Positions 54,262 to 63,242 of a stretch of 64,000 nucleotides of DNA are shown in pieces. The stretch is from an uncultured Gemmataceae bacterium (GTDB taxonomy: Bacteria > Planctomycetota > Planctomycetia > Gemmatales > Gemmataceae), in contig CAVVPN010000003.1 in NCBI GenBank assembly GCA_963750165.1, forward strand, positions 352,001-416,000. Direction: 5' to 3'. The notes under the pieces are model-generated. The model did no database searches and had not been told where the DNA came from. It saw only the letters and a list, made by a program, of their open reading frames with translations. Position 1 is the first letter of the stretch, and every line of letters starts with the position of its first letter. The position numbers and the translations under genes are program-made.

Positions 54262-54783
54262 TCACGACGAGACACCTTCTCGGCTCGGTTCCGCTTCCGG
54301 CGACCCAACGGCGGTAACCTCCCGGATTTTGCCGTCCATGAACGATTGAAAATCCGTATCGAAGGTGTGCTTGCTCAGTTGCCATGCGGCCTGAACGCTC
54401 TCCCGGTGTAACAAGTCGTCAAGGAACAGCTTCCATCCCGACCACTGCTTGTGCTTGAACAAGGCGGTCTGGTTTTTGAACATCAGGAATGCCCGTTCAA
54501 ACAGCGAGAACAACATGGCGTGGGCGATCAACTCCTGCTTTCGTTTCTTATCCGCCCCCGAAGGGCGGTTATTGCCCGGCAAGTCGAGGATGTCGAGGTC
54601 GGGGTGCATGAGGGCGAGTTTTTGGTATTCAAAAAGCCGGTTGTCGAGTTCGTTGAACACCTTGAACTCTTGAGCCAGCCGATCCGTGCTCCTGGCCTTC
54701 AGGTACTCGTATACTGCCAGTGGGCCTGAAATGCTCAGTGACAGGTAGAAGATAATTTGGGCGATGTCCTTGATGATTTCCAT
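54262..54783 (-). CDS. Hypothetical protein, N-terminal TM plus helical domain
   Basis: 173-aa ORF, visibly lower GC than flanks. Confidence 0.7.
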   Translation of the reverse strand: MEIIKDIAQIIFYLSLSISGPLAVYEYLKARSTDRLAQEFKVFNELDNRLFEYQKLALMHPDLDILDLPGNNRPSGADKKRKQELIAHAMLFSLFERAFLMFKNQTALFKHKQWSGWKLFLDDLLHRESVQAAWQLSKHTFDTDFQSFMDGKIREVTAVGSPEAEPSREGVSS

Positions 54784-54823
54784 GCTGGTCTCTCGTCACA
54801 CTTACCATGATGGGGACCACGCC

Positions 54824-55342
54824 TCACGGGGAAACGGGGTCTGGCGTCCAGACGGATATGGTGTCCTTACCAAATTCGATCTCAACCCGTAGACCGGCGG
54901 AGCGCAACGCCCGCACGCCGATCAACGGCCGCTGAAACTGTGGGTCGGGTAGTGCGGGGGTGTCCTGAAAGGGTAGCCCGCGATGAAGCACCAGGCGGTA
55001 GGGTGGCGGTGGTTGCCCCGGCAGATTGCTCACCAGCCAAAGATCAACATCCCGCACCGGGACAAGGAACTTGCCGGTGACGGTGCGAATCGTCATGGGC
55101 TGGGGCAACCGGCCCTGGTCGGGGTCGAGCCCCGCTTGCAGCAAATGGTGACGCCACGCGAACGCCTCCCCGCGGTTCCCCGTATCCAGCACCCAGTTCT
55201 GAACCAGCGTGACCGCGGGCGGGGCGGTCAGCGACGGTTCCGTCACCAGGACGGGCAACACGACCGTCCAGTACGACAGCGGCGGTGACCGCGTGGGATC
55301 GGTCCAGCAATCAAAAGGCAATCGGTCGATGAACAGCGGCAT
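54824..55342 (-). CDS. Retropepsin-like aspartic protease candidate
   Basis: WVLDTG motif and downstream PLIG (hydrophobic-hydrophobic-Gly) motif. Confidence 0.6.
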   Translation of the reverse strand: MPLFIDRLPFDCWTDPTRSPPLSYWTVVLPVLVTEPSLTAPPAVTLVQNWVLDTGNRGEAFAWRHHLLQAGLDPDQGRLPQPMTIRTVTGKFLVPVRDVDLWLVSNLPGQPPPPYRLVLHRGLPFQDTPALPDPQFQRPLIGVRALRSAGLRVEIEFGKDTISVWTPDPVSP

Positions 55343-55345
55343 GCC

Positions 55346-55588
55346 TCAGTCCAGCACCACCGGGCCGAGGGTGATTTCCGTTTCCTGGGGTTCGATGCAG
55401 AAAATCACGAACTCCTCCCGCCGCAGTCCGCGGCCGAAACATTCCTGGTACAGTTCGTGTTTGTGTGCGGCGAAGCCGAGTTGGTGGTCCCCCTGGTAGG
55501 CGACCCACTGACCGGGACGCTCGGTCCAAAGCTGTGGCAGGTCGCGCTGAAATGCCTGGAGTGCTTGCTGCTGCAAATCCTGGCTCAT
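55346..55588 (-). CDS. Small DUF5678-like protein
   Basis: AFQRDLPQL...PGQWVAYQGD..LG; stop 3 nt before the protease ATG; RBS AGGGG. Confidence 0.65.
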   Translation of the reverse strand: MSQDLQQQALQAFQRDLPQLWTERPGQWVAYQGDHQLGFAAHKHELYQECFGRGLRREEFVIFCIEPQETEITLGPVVLD

Positions 55589-55682
55589 GGTTCGCCCTCT
55601 GTACAATGACTGAGGAAGCTTGCAGCGCCATTCTACACGGTCGTAAGGCTTCGTCTCGACCAATCCCCGCAACAGAGGTTCC

Positions 55683-56194
55683 ATGTCCCGCCTCACCGAC
55701 TTCTACGCCGGCCGCGGCACTGACACCGAGGGCCGCCGCCTCGCCGACCTCCTCGCCTGGGACGACGACGACCTGGAACAGGTCCACGACTTCATCCAGT
55801 GGCTGTTCCCGCTGCCGGAGCCGAGCCGCTTCAACGCCGACGCCCCGCTGCTCACGCCGGACGACATCGCCGCCTTCCACGCCGACGCCGCGCTGCGCGC
55901 AACCTGGAACAAGCCTTCGCCCGCATCCTCACCTTCCTCGGCCTGACCCGGGACACCGCCGGCGCAGTGCTGCCCGGCCCGAACTTCGACCGGCGGGCGG
56001 CGGACGTGTGGCAGGCCCCCAACCACAACTGGCTGCGCATCACGCGCATCCTCCGCAGCCTGACGCTGCTCGGCCTGGCGGATCGGGCCAGGGCGCTGTA
56101 CGAACGGCTGGAGGCATTTTATACGCGGCACCAGTTCCCCATCGACGCCGACACCTTCGGCTACTGGACGCGGGCCGTTGCGCAGAGCGCATGA
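55683..56194 (+). CDS. OGFr-N (opioid growth factor receptor conserved region) protein, frameshift near 55900
   Basis: LEQVHDFIQWLFPLPEPSRFN..AP.L, then NHNWLRITRILRSL.LLG, YW..A. Confidence 0.85.
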
Positions 56195-56221
56195 GCCGGG
56201 GTCAACGTGCGGGTGCCCAGG

Positions 56222-57172
56222 TCACGCGCTGCGCCGCAGGCCCACCGTCCCCAGCAATTTGCGGAAGGCCCGTTGCAGCCACGGCGGTCGCGGGGGGATG
56301 CGCGGCTGCGCACGGGGGGGATTGGGCATGGGGTCGGGCGAGCCGTGGTGCAGTTGAAAAAACGCGCGGTTGGTGGGCGATTGGACCTCGTAGCAATGTT
56401 CCAGCGACTGCACCAGACTGGTCCGGGCCACGGCCTCGAACGTCGCCCGGTCGCCCCGGCGGTAAAGGAATCGTGCCGCAAAACCGGCCGAGGCGAACGC
56501 CTCCAGCACCGCCTGGCAATTCGGGCCGAAGAAGTTGGAACGGTCGCCCTGCAACTCGCCGTCGTGATAGTAGCGCCATAAGGGTACGCCAGGCAGGCGC
56601 CGCCGGAGGCGGCGCAGTGAGCGCGTGCCGTTGCTGGGCTGGCGGCGCGGCAGCCAGTTACCGTCGATGACGTGGCTCTCGATCAGCACCGTTCCCCGGC
56701 ACACGTTGCGGATATTGTCGATCGCCAGCAACGGATATCGGAGGTGGTACAGCACGCCCAGGAAGAGCACGAGATCGAAGTGTCCCAGCTGCTCGGCGTC
56801 CAGGCGATACACGGTGCCCGGCACCTGGCGAACCACACGCGAACCGGTCAGGCGGGCCAGGGTGGGAAAGCCAGTGCAGGCGTCGTGTTCCAGGGTCAGG
56901 GCCACCACCTCGCTGGCGCCGCGGCGCTCGCACTCGAAACTGAAACAGCCGTGCCAGGCGCCGATGTCGAGGATGCGCAGGCCGCGCAGATCGCTCGGCA
57001 AGCCCACCTCGTCGGCCACCTCGGTCACGTCGTTGCGGCCCGGCGTGTACACGCCCTGGAACAATTCCCAGCGTTGATGCCAGGGGACGCCGGGAAACTC
57101 CCCGTCGAAGCTGAATCCGGCGGGCGCCGGCGGAGGCGGTTGCGGACTCCAGTCATCCTTGTTGGCGGCCAT
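56222..57172 (-). CDS. Class I SAM methyltransferase (CmoB/DUF1698-like)
   Basis: ILDIGAWHGCFSFECERRGA, FDLVLFLGVLYHLRYP. Confidence 0.85.
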   Translation of the reverse strand: MAANKDDWSPQPPPPAPAGFSFDGEFPGVPWHQRWELFQGVYTPGRNDVTEVADEVGLPSDLRGLRILDIGAWHGCFSFECERRGASEVVALTLEHDACTGFPTLARLTGSRVVRQVPGTVYRLDAEQLGHFDLVLFLGVLYHLRYPLLAIDNIRNVCRGTVLIESHVIDGNWLPRRQPSNGTRSLRRLRRRLPGVPLWRYYHDGELQGDRSNFFGPNCQAVLEAFASAGFAARFLYRRGDRATFEAVARTSLVQSLEHCYEVQSPTNRAFFQLHHGSPDPMPNPPRAQPRIPPRPPWLQRAFRKLLGTVGLRRSA

Positions 57173-57306
57173 GGTTTCGCCTCCTTGGGTTCTGGCGCTG
57201 CTGCGCGCTGATCGGGAAACGCCTCAAGGTGTACCTGATCGGCCGCGTTTTGCCAAGACAACCTGACCCGTGCAGGTGCTGCGGTGCTGCGGGCTGCGGG
57301 CTCCTG

Positions 57307-57601
57307 GAGCGGTTCGCGCGCGGATCGCGCCTGGGGGTGGGGCGGCGGGCACAGCTTGACCACCAGCGGCCTGCATTGCCACAGCAAGGGGGCCAAGGGG
57401 GCCAAGGGGGCCAACTTTTTCATACGTCGAGAAGCGGCGCCCTGGCTCCGTAGGGCTGGCACGGCGCGACAGCCATCGGCGGCGGTTGCCACAGCAAGAA
57501 CGCCAAGAACGCCAAGAACGCCAACTTTTTCACACGTCGAGAAGCGGCACCTGGCAGCGCCGGCCTGCCGTTCGTGGTCCACGCCACTGCCGAACCACTC
57601 T
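57307..57601. mobile_element. About 295-bp MITE-like dispersed repeat (copy 2)
   Basis: GAGCGGTTCGC...CGAACCACTCT; inverted homolog of 39332-39626. Confidence 0.85.
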
Positions 57602-57602
57602 C

Positions 57603-57725
57603 GAGCGGTTCACAGCCGCGTGGATCACGCCCCGTAGGACGGCTCTCCAGAGCCGTCTCCGAGACAAGGACGGCTCTGGAGAGCCGTCCCACAGGCTGTG
57701 CGCAAACCGAGTGCGAACCACTCTA
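57603..57725. mobile_element. MITE-like shell carrying a GTAG REP doublet
   Basis: GAGCGGTTCAC...GCGAACCACTCTA; internal GTAGGACGGCTCTCCAGAGCCGTC/GACGGCTCTGGAGAGCCGTCC; its end overlaps the TAG stop of the RcnA-like gene. Confidence 0.7.
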
Positions 57726-59267
57726 AACAATCCCCTTGACGCTGGCATAGCACAGCCAGCAGCCCAGCGCCAGCACGCACACGGCGCTGATCAGCGGCAG
57801 CGCCCGTACTAGCCGGCCCTCACCGAACTTGCTGTCGGCGAAGCCGCGCACGCGCACCACCAGCACGCCGATCAGCACCAGCACGCTCGCCAGGCCGGCG
57901 CTGAACGCCAGCACCATCGGCAGCGCCAGCCAGACCTCGTGCCGGGCCACCGCCACCAGCAGGATCGCCACCGCGTCCCAGCACGGCACAATGCCGCCAC
58001 TCATGCCCATCAGCACCAATCCCCACCAGCCCACCGGCCCCGGCGGCGCGTGCTGGTGATGGCCGGGGCCGTGATGGTGGTGATGATGGCCGCCGCCGAT
58101 GTGGATGTGGTCGGCCCCACCGGACAGCCGCTGCAATAGCAGCCAGAAGCCCAGGCCCGCCACCAGCAGGCCCATGACCAGACCCAACCCCTTCTGCACG
58201 TTGCGCTGCGTCTCCGCCGACATCTCGCCGGAGAAAAACAGCTGCAATACCACCGCCAGGATCAGCACGCCGCCAGTGTGCGTCAGCGTCGTCACCAGGC
58301 CCAGCACCAGCGCGTGCCAGACGGTGCCGCGCTGGCCGACCAGGTACGCCGCCACCAGCGTCTTGCCGTGGCCCGGCGTCAGCGCATGCACCGCCCCGAT
58401 GGCGGCCGCCAGCAACAGCAGCAGCCACGCCGCGTGGTTGGAGTACAGGAACAGCCGCAGCAAATCGACGTGATCGTCGCCGGGTGGGGCGGGCTCGGAC
58501 GGCGGGCTCGGCCTGGCGTCTCCCGCGGCGGCCGGTTCTGCCTTCGGCCCCGACTCCGCGGCGGGCGCCTCGAAGGTCAGGGCGACGCGGCGCAACTGCT
58601 TGTAGTCGCCGGACTGGTAATCGAGCGGTGATTTCGCCTTCAGGGCCGCCGACGGCTCCGTCCGCTCCAGCACCTGGACGCCCACCGGCTCCAGCGACAG
58701 GTCAATGCGGCCCTTCCACTCCAGCCACTCATCCTCCGCCAGCGAAAACTGCTGGCGCTGGGCCGGCCGCAGTGGGAACGTGGCGCGGAACACAAGGTCA
58801 AAGCGGACGTGGCCGAGGCGCTGGCCGTTGTCGTCGCGCAGGGTGTGGCGGTGTTGCGTGCAGGTGAAGACCAGGGGTTCGCCGTCGCCCCGGGCGTCGA
58901 GCCAACGGGCGAGCCGTGGGGCGTAGCACTCGGCGTAACCATCGTAGAACTTGTTGGGGTCGGACTTCTGCCAACCGGACGGCACCCTGTCCTTGAACGG
59001 CTGCAGATCGTGGAAGGCGGCGAACTCGTTCACCTCCAACCGAAAGAAGACGGTGACGACAACCTGGCCGGCGGCGTGGTCCGGCGCTACGCGGATAAGC
59101 AGCGTGCGGTCGTGGTGGTCCGCGAGGACTGGATGGGCCTCGGCGCGGCTGACCAGGTGACCCGGTGACAGGGTGACAAGGTGACAAACCACCACAGCGA
59201 ACAGCGCACGGGCCAGGTCGGAGCCGCAGAGAGCGCGGAGCCGCAACACATGCCGGGTCATGGCCAT
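57723..59267 (-). CDS. RcnA/HoxN-family Ni/Co transporter with N-terminal exported domain
   Basis: GAVHALTPGHGKT, T.THTGGV, His-rich loop HHHHHHGPGHHQH, GIVPCWDA; N-terminal AEA|HP motif. Confidence 0.88.
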   Translation of the reverse strand: MAMTRHVLRLRALCGSDLARALFAVVVCHLVTLSPGHLVSRAEAHPVLADHHDRTLLIRVAPDHAAGQVVVTVFFRLEVNEFAAFHDLQPFKDRVPSGWQKSDPNKFYDGYAECYAPRLARWLDARGDGEPLVFTCTQHRHTLRDDNGQRLGHVRFDLVFRATFPLRPAQRQQFSLAEDEWLEWKGRIDLSLEPVGVQVLERTEPSAALKAKSPLDYQSGDYKQLRRVALTFEAPAAESGPKAEPAAAGDARPSPPSEPAPPGDDHVDLLRLFLYSNHAAWLLLLLAAAIGAVHALTPGHGKTLVAAYLVGQRGTVWHALVLGLVTTLTHTGGVLILAVVLQLFFSGEMSAETQRNVQKGLGLVMGLLVAGLGFWLLLQRLSGGADHIHIGGGHHHHHHGPGHHQHAPPGPVGWWGLVLMGMSGGIVPCWDAVAILLVAVARHEVWLALPMVLAFSAGLASVLVLIGVLVVRVRGFADSKFGEGRLVRALPLISAVCVLALGCWLCYASVKGIV

Positions 59268-59335
59268 TTTCCTGTCAGCCTCGCATCGGTTCATTCCTCC
59301 CGCCAACTTACCAACTTCCGGTCACCCTGTCACGG

Positions 59336-59403
59336 GGCGAGCGGCGCAGCGTCAGCCCGCCGGTACTGCACAACACCGGCGGGCTGACGCCGCGCCGCTC
59401 GCC
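59336..59403. repeat. REP-like palindrome, family E (copy 2)
   Basis: Near-identical to 22266-22332. Confidence 0.85.
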
Positions 59404-59408
59404 AACGG

Positions 59409-60575
59409 TCATTTCTGCCGCGGCCGACAGTAGCTCAGCGCCATCAGCGCGTAGCCGGTTGACAGATTCGGGTCGGCCTCCATCCAGTTCGGCACCCCGT
59501 TTCTCCAGCTGCCGTCCTTGTTTTGACGCTTCGCCAGCGCCGCCACGATGTCCGCCCGCCAGTCGTGCTTGACGCCCTTGTCGTCCACCACGTAATCCAG
59601 GCCCAGCGCGTCCAGGCACTTGGCCATCGTGTGGTAGTAGTAGTACAGGCCCCACGCCTTCCGCGTCTCCGGCATGCCGCTGTTGGCGTCCACGCTGTAG
59701 TGCTTCTTGATCCACGCCAGCGCCGTCTGGATGCGGGCGTCGGTCTTCGGCACGCCGCAGTAGATCAGGCTCTTGATGCCCGCGTAGGTCATGCTGCCGT
59801 AGCCCGGCAGAGCGCCGTCCGGTCCCGGCTTGTCGATCACCTTCGTGACGCCGCCCGTCGCCGCCGTGTAGATGAAACTGCCGTCGTTGATGAGGCCCGC
59901 CCACGGCAGCATATTGTGTTCGCTCTTGCGATTCTGGCAGCGGCTGACGAACTGCGCCGCCTTCAGGAACGCCGGGTCGTTCGGCGGCAGCCCCGCCGCC
60001 TTCAGCGCGTCCAGGAACATCTGCGTGTTCGACAGGTCCGGCCGCGATTTGCTGTCGTAGCCCGCGCCGCCGTAGTAGTCGTCCTGCGGCGTCTTGCCCT
60101 CGCCCTCGTCCCACTGCAACTTCTTGAGGAACGCCACCGCGTCGCCGATCACCGCCTTGTACTTCTCGGGCCGGTTGGCCGCCTGCAGCGCCATCACGTT
60201 GATGGCCGTCACGTAGTTCTGCAACTGCACCTTCGCATCCTTGCCGGCGATGTGGCCCGCCTTCGCGTTGACCAGGCCCTCAATGTATTTCAGCGCCTTA
60301 CCGGCCAGCGGGTCGTTGGCGGTGACGCGGCCGGTGCGCAGCAGGCCCGTTAGCACGACGCCGGTCACGCCCGGCGACTTGCCAGTGCTCCAGCCGCCGG
60401 TTTTGTCCTGCGTGGTTTTGAGGTAGTCGATCGCCTTGCCGACGACCGCGTCCCACTGGGCGGCCTGGACGTTCTTCTTGCCGCCGGGCTGCTGGGCGGC
60501 GACCGGGCTACTTACGCCGAGGCCGGCGGCCAGCACGGCGGCCAGGGCGGCGGCGGCGGTGAACAATCGGGTCAT
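59409..60575 (-). CDS. Exported prenyltransferase/squalene-oxidase repeat protein
   Basis: Signal peptide; QW-like repeats YLKTTQDKTGGW, FLKKLQW, LAKRQNKDGSW; DLSNT. Confidence 0.85.
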   Translation of the reverse strand: MTRLFTAAAALAAVLAAGLGVSSPVAAQQPGGKKNVQAAQWDAVVGKAIDYLKTTQDKTGGWSTGKSPGVTGVVLTGLLRTGRVTANDPLAGKALKYIEGLVNAKAGHIAGKDAKVQLQNYVTAINVMALQAANRPEKYKAVIGDAVAFLKKLQWDEGEGKTPQDDYYGGAGYDSKSRPDLSNTQMFLDALKAAGLPPNDPAFLKAAQFVSRCQNRKSEHNMLPWAGLINDGSFIYTAATGGVTKVIDKPGPDGALPGYGSMTYAGIKSLIYCGVPKTDARIQTALAWIKKHYSVDANSGMPETRKAWGLYYYYHTMAKCLDALGLDYVVDDKGVKHDWRADIVAALAKRQNKDGSWRNGVPNWMEADPNLSTGYALMALSYCRPRQK

Positions 60576-60651
60576 GGGAAAACTCTCCCTGGAAAGAAGG
60601 TCATTCACGGAGCGTCATGGTATCAAAACCGCCTGAGCGCGGGAAGCAATT

Positions 60652-60714
60652 CCGGTGCCGGCCCGTCCGCCGCGGCCGGCCGCCACCCGGCTGCGGCGGA
60701 CGGGCCGGCACCGG
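60652..60714. repeat. Long GC-rich hairpin in divergent intergenic region
   Basis: CCGGTGCCGGCCCGTCCGCCGCGGCCGG-loop-CCGGCTGCGGCGGACGGGCCGGCACCGG. Confidence 0.7.
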
Positions 60715-60860
60715 TCAGCGAATCGCCAGCGCTGGCCAGAGGCCGCGCAGTGCTGCGATGGTTTTTTCAAAATTGCTGTTTGCGTTTCTGCCGCGGCGCT
60801 GGATAATCATAATCAACCTTTAATTTGGAAATGTTCGTTTTTCTGGCCGGAGCCGTCGGA

Positions 60861-61487
60861 ATGGCAGTTCTCTCGCTGCGTCGGCGCTTCTGGGCATTCC
60901 TCCTGGGTTCAAGCTGCCTGGCCTGTGGGCTCGTCGGTTGTGGCGGCGGCAGCGATCTGTCGCCCCCCGACATCTCCCCGGAAGCGGTCGCGGCGAAGGC
61001 CATCAAGCAGTGCGACAAGAACGGCGATGGCGTGCTGGACGCGGCTGAGCTGGAAGACTGCCCTTCTCTGAAGAGCGCGCTGAAACTGATCGACACGAAC
61101 AGGGACGGCAAGGTGAGTGCCGACGAGTTGGCGGCGCGGCTGACCAAACTGGTCGAGAGCCGCATCGGCCGCGTCAACGTCGGCTGCACGGTAAGCCTGG
61201 ACGGCACCCCCCTGGAAGGAGCGACGGTGCGACTGATCCCGGAAACGTTCATGGGCGACTCCTGCAAAGCCGCGTCGGCGACCACGGAAGGGAACGGCAG
61301 CGGGCGGTTCAAACTGGAGGGCGAAGCCAGGGAAGGCGTGCAGTGGGGCTATTATCGCGTGGAAGTTTCCAAAAAAGACGGCGCCGGCCAGGAGCAACTG
61401 CCGGAGCGCTACAACACGAAATCGACGCTCGGCTACGAGGTGGCTCCGGACATGCGCCTTGGCGTGCTGCTGAAACTGACTTCCTGA
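60861..61487 (+). CDS. Lipoprotein with two EF-hands and a carboxypeptidase-regulatory-like domain
   Basis: LVGC lipobox; [35 protein letters not shown]...G.YRVEVSK...LPERYN..S.L. Confidence 0.8.
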   Translation: MAVLSLRRRFWAFLLGSSCLACGLVGCGGGSDLSPPDISPEAVAAKAIKQCDKNGDGVLDAAELEDCPSLKSALKLIDTNRDGKVSADELAARLTKLVESRIGRVNVGCTVSLDGTPLEGATVRLIPETFMGDSCKAASATTEGNGSGRFKLEGEAREGVQWGYYRVEVSKKDGAGQEQLPERYNTKSTLGYEVAPDMRLGVLLKLTS

Positions 61488-61551
61488 TCGGTCGATCCGG
61501 CTGTTCTGCCGGGTCGATTTTCTCTCGTCATCTGTCATTGAGGACCACGTC

Positions 61552-62522
61552 ATGCGAACGAATTCGAGTGCCAGCCGGCGGGGCGGCTTCACCCTGATCG
61601 AGTTACTGGTGGTGATTGCCATCATTGCCATCCTCATCGGGCTGCTCTTACCAGCCGTCCAGCAGGTCCGTGAATCCGCCAACCGCTCCACCTGCCAGAA
61701 CAACCTGCACCAGATGGGCGTCGCCGTCCACAACGTCCACTCGCTTACCGGTAAGCTCCCCTCGGGCGGTTGGGGCTGGGACTGGGTGGGCGACCCGGAT
61801 CGCGGCTACGGGCCGGAGCAGCCGGGCGGCTGGGTCTACAACCTCTTGCCCTTCATGGAGCTGGATAATCTGCGAAACCTGGGCCGAGGACAGACCACCC
61901 TGGCGGCGAAGGCCGCCGGCCTGACGCTGCTGTTGCAGTCACCGGCGCCTGGCTTCAACTGCCCCTCGCGCCGCGCTGGCGGCCCCTTCGCCAACGGCCG
62001 CGGCGCCGAGGGCTACTACGTCGGCGACCCGACCAACTCCTCCAATACCACCACCATCAACCCCCCCCTGCTGGCCCGCACCGACTACGCGGCCTGCGCC
62101 GGGGACGGGGCCGACCAGCAGATGCCGGCCCCACCAGTTTGCTCAACGGCACGAACGGCTCCTACGCCTGGCCCGTCTGTGATGGCGTCATTTACGGCCA
62201 CAGCAGCATTCGCTTCAATGACATTCGCGCCGGCACCAGCAACGTCTACATGATCGGTGAGAAATACCTGAACATCAACAACTACCTCACCGGCACCGAC
62301 GGCGGCGACAACGAGTCGATGTACGTCGGCTTTGACAACGACGTCAACCGCACCACCGACACGCAGCCGCTGCGCGATTCGGTGATCAGCACGAGCACCG
62401 ATGCGTTCGGCAGCGCCCACCCCGGCGCCTTCAACATGCTGATGTGCGACGGTTCGGTGCGCACCATCGAGTACAGCATCACCTTGACCGTGTTCCAGCC
62501 TGCGGGTCGGCGCAACGGCTGA
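61552..62522 (+). CDS. DUF1559 prepilin-type protein with H-X9-DG motif, frameshift near 62120
   Basis: [35 protein letters not shown]-terminal GTSN...[21 protein letters not shown]. Confidence 0.92.
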
Positions 62523-62606
62523 CCCCTGGGCGGACTCGGAAAACGCCGAACGGCTGGCATCCGCCGCGGGATGTCAGCCGTCTGTTGTTGGGGAGGGGGT
62601 TCGAGT

Positions 62607-62999
62607 TCAACCAACGGCGCCGCGCACCACCGCCCGCAGCCCAGCGTCGTCGATGCGCTCCAGCGCCTGGGCCGGGCTCACCCACAGCCGCTGCCGCTGC
62701 TGTCGCTCGGGCCAATCCGTCTTCACCTCGCTCACCTCCATCAGGAACACCGTGACGTGATAGGTCGCGCCGTACTTGCTGTAGAGGTAGCTGCCGACCG
62801 GCTCGGGCCGCAGCACGCCCACCAGCCCCGCCTCCTCCCACGCCTCCAGCAGGGCGCTTTCGCCAGCGGTGTGGCCCGGATCGATCAGCCCCTTGGGGAC
62901 GACCCAACGCTTGCCGTTGCTGGACGTAATCAGGCAGACCGTACCGTCCCGCAACGGAATGGCGGCTGCCTGGCGAATGAATTCGGGTGCACTGGCCAT
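62607..62999 (-). CDS. NUDIX hydrolase (DIPP-like)
   Basis: LITS...RWVVPKG.....A..EAWEEAG, WPE...RQR.W. Confidence 0.92.
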   Translation of the reverse strand: MASAPEFIRQAAAIPLRDGTVCLITSSNGKRWVVPKGLIDPGHTAGESALLEAWEEAGLVGVLRPEPVGSYLYSKYGATYHVTVFLMEVSEVKTDWPERQQRQRLWVSPAQALERIDDAGLRAVVRGAVG

Positions 63000-63173
63000 C
63001 GTACCTTCTCAGTGGGAAGGAGAATCCCAACTTGCAGGATGAAGAAAACCGCCCGGGCCGTCAAGTTCGGTTCGACCGATTCATCTGCTCTTCACACGAC
63101 CCACGCGCCATCTTCGATACAACAGCTCCCGGCTGGGAAAAAGTGAGCAGTTTTCTGGTGACGCCGGCATTTA

Positions 63174-63232
63174 TTCGTAGTGCAGGCGGCCCGCCTGCAC
63201 AAATTGGGCAGGCGGGCCGCCCGCGCTACGAA
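63174..63232. repeat. GTAG REP-like doublet abutting the RBS of the next gene
   Basis: TTCGTAGTGCAGGCGGCCCGCCTGC...GCAGGCGGGCCGCCCGCGCTACGAA then AGGAG. Confidence 0.75.
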
Positions 63233-63242
63233 AGGAGCAGCC

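Noticed and set aside
59409..60575. Squalene-hopene cyclase / hopanoid gene cluster
   Set aside because: Single-barrel length, signal peptide, no DxDD motif and no hpn neighbours.
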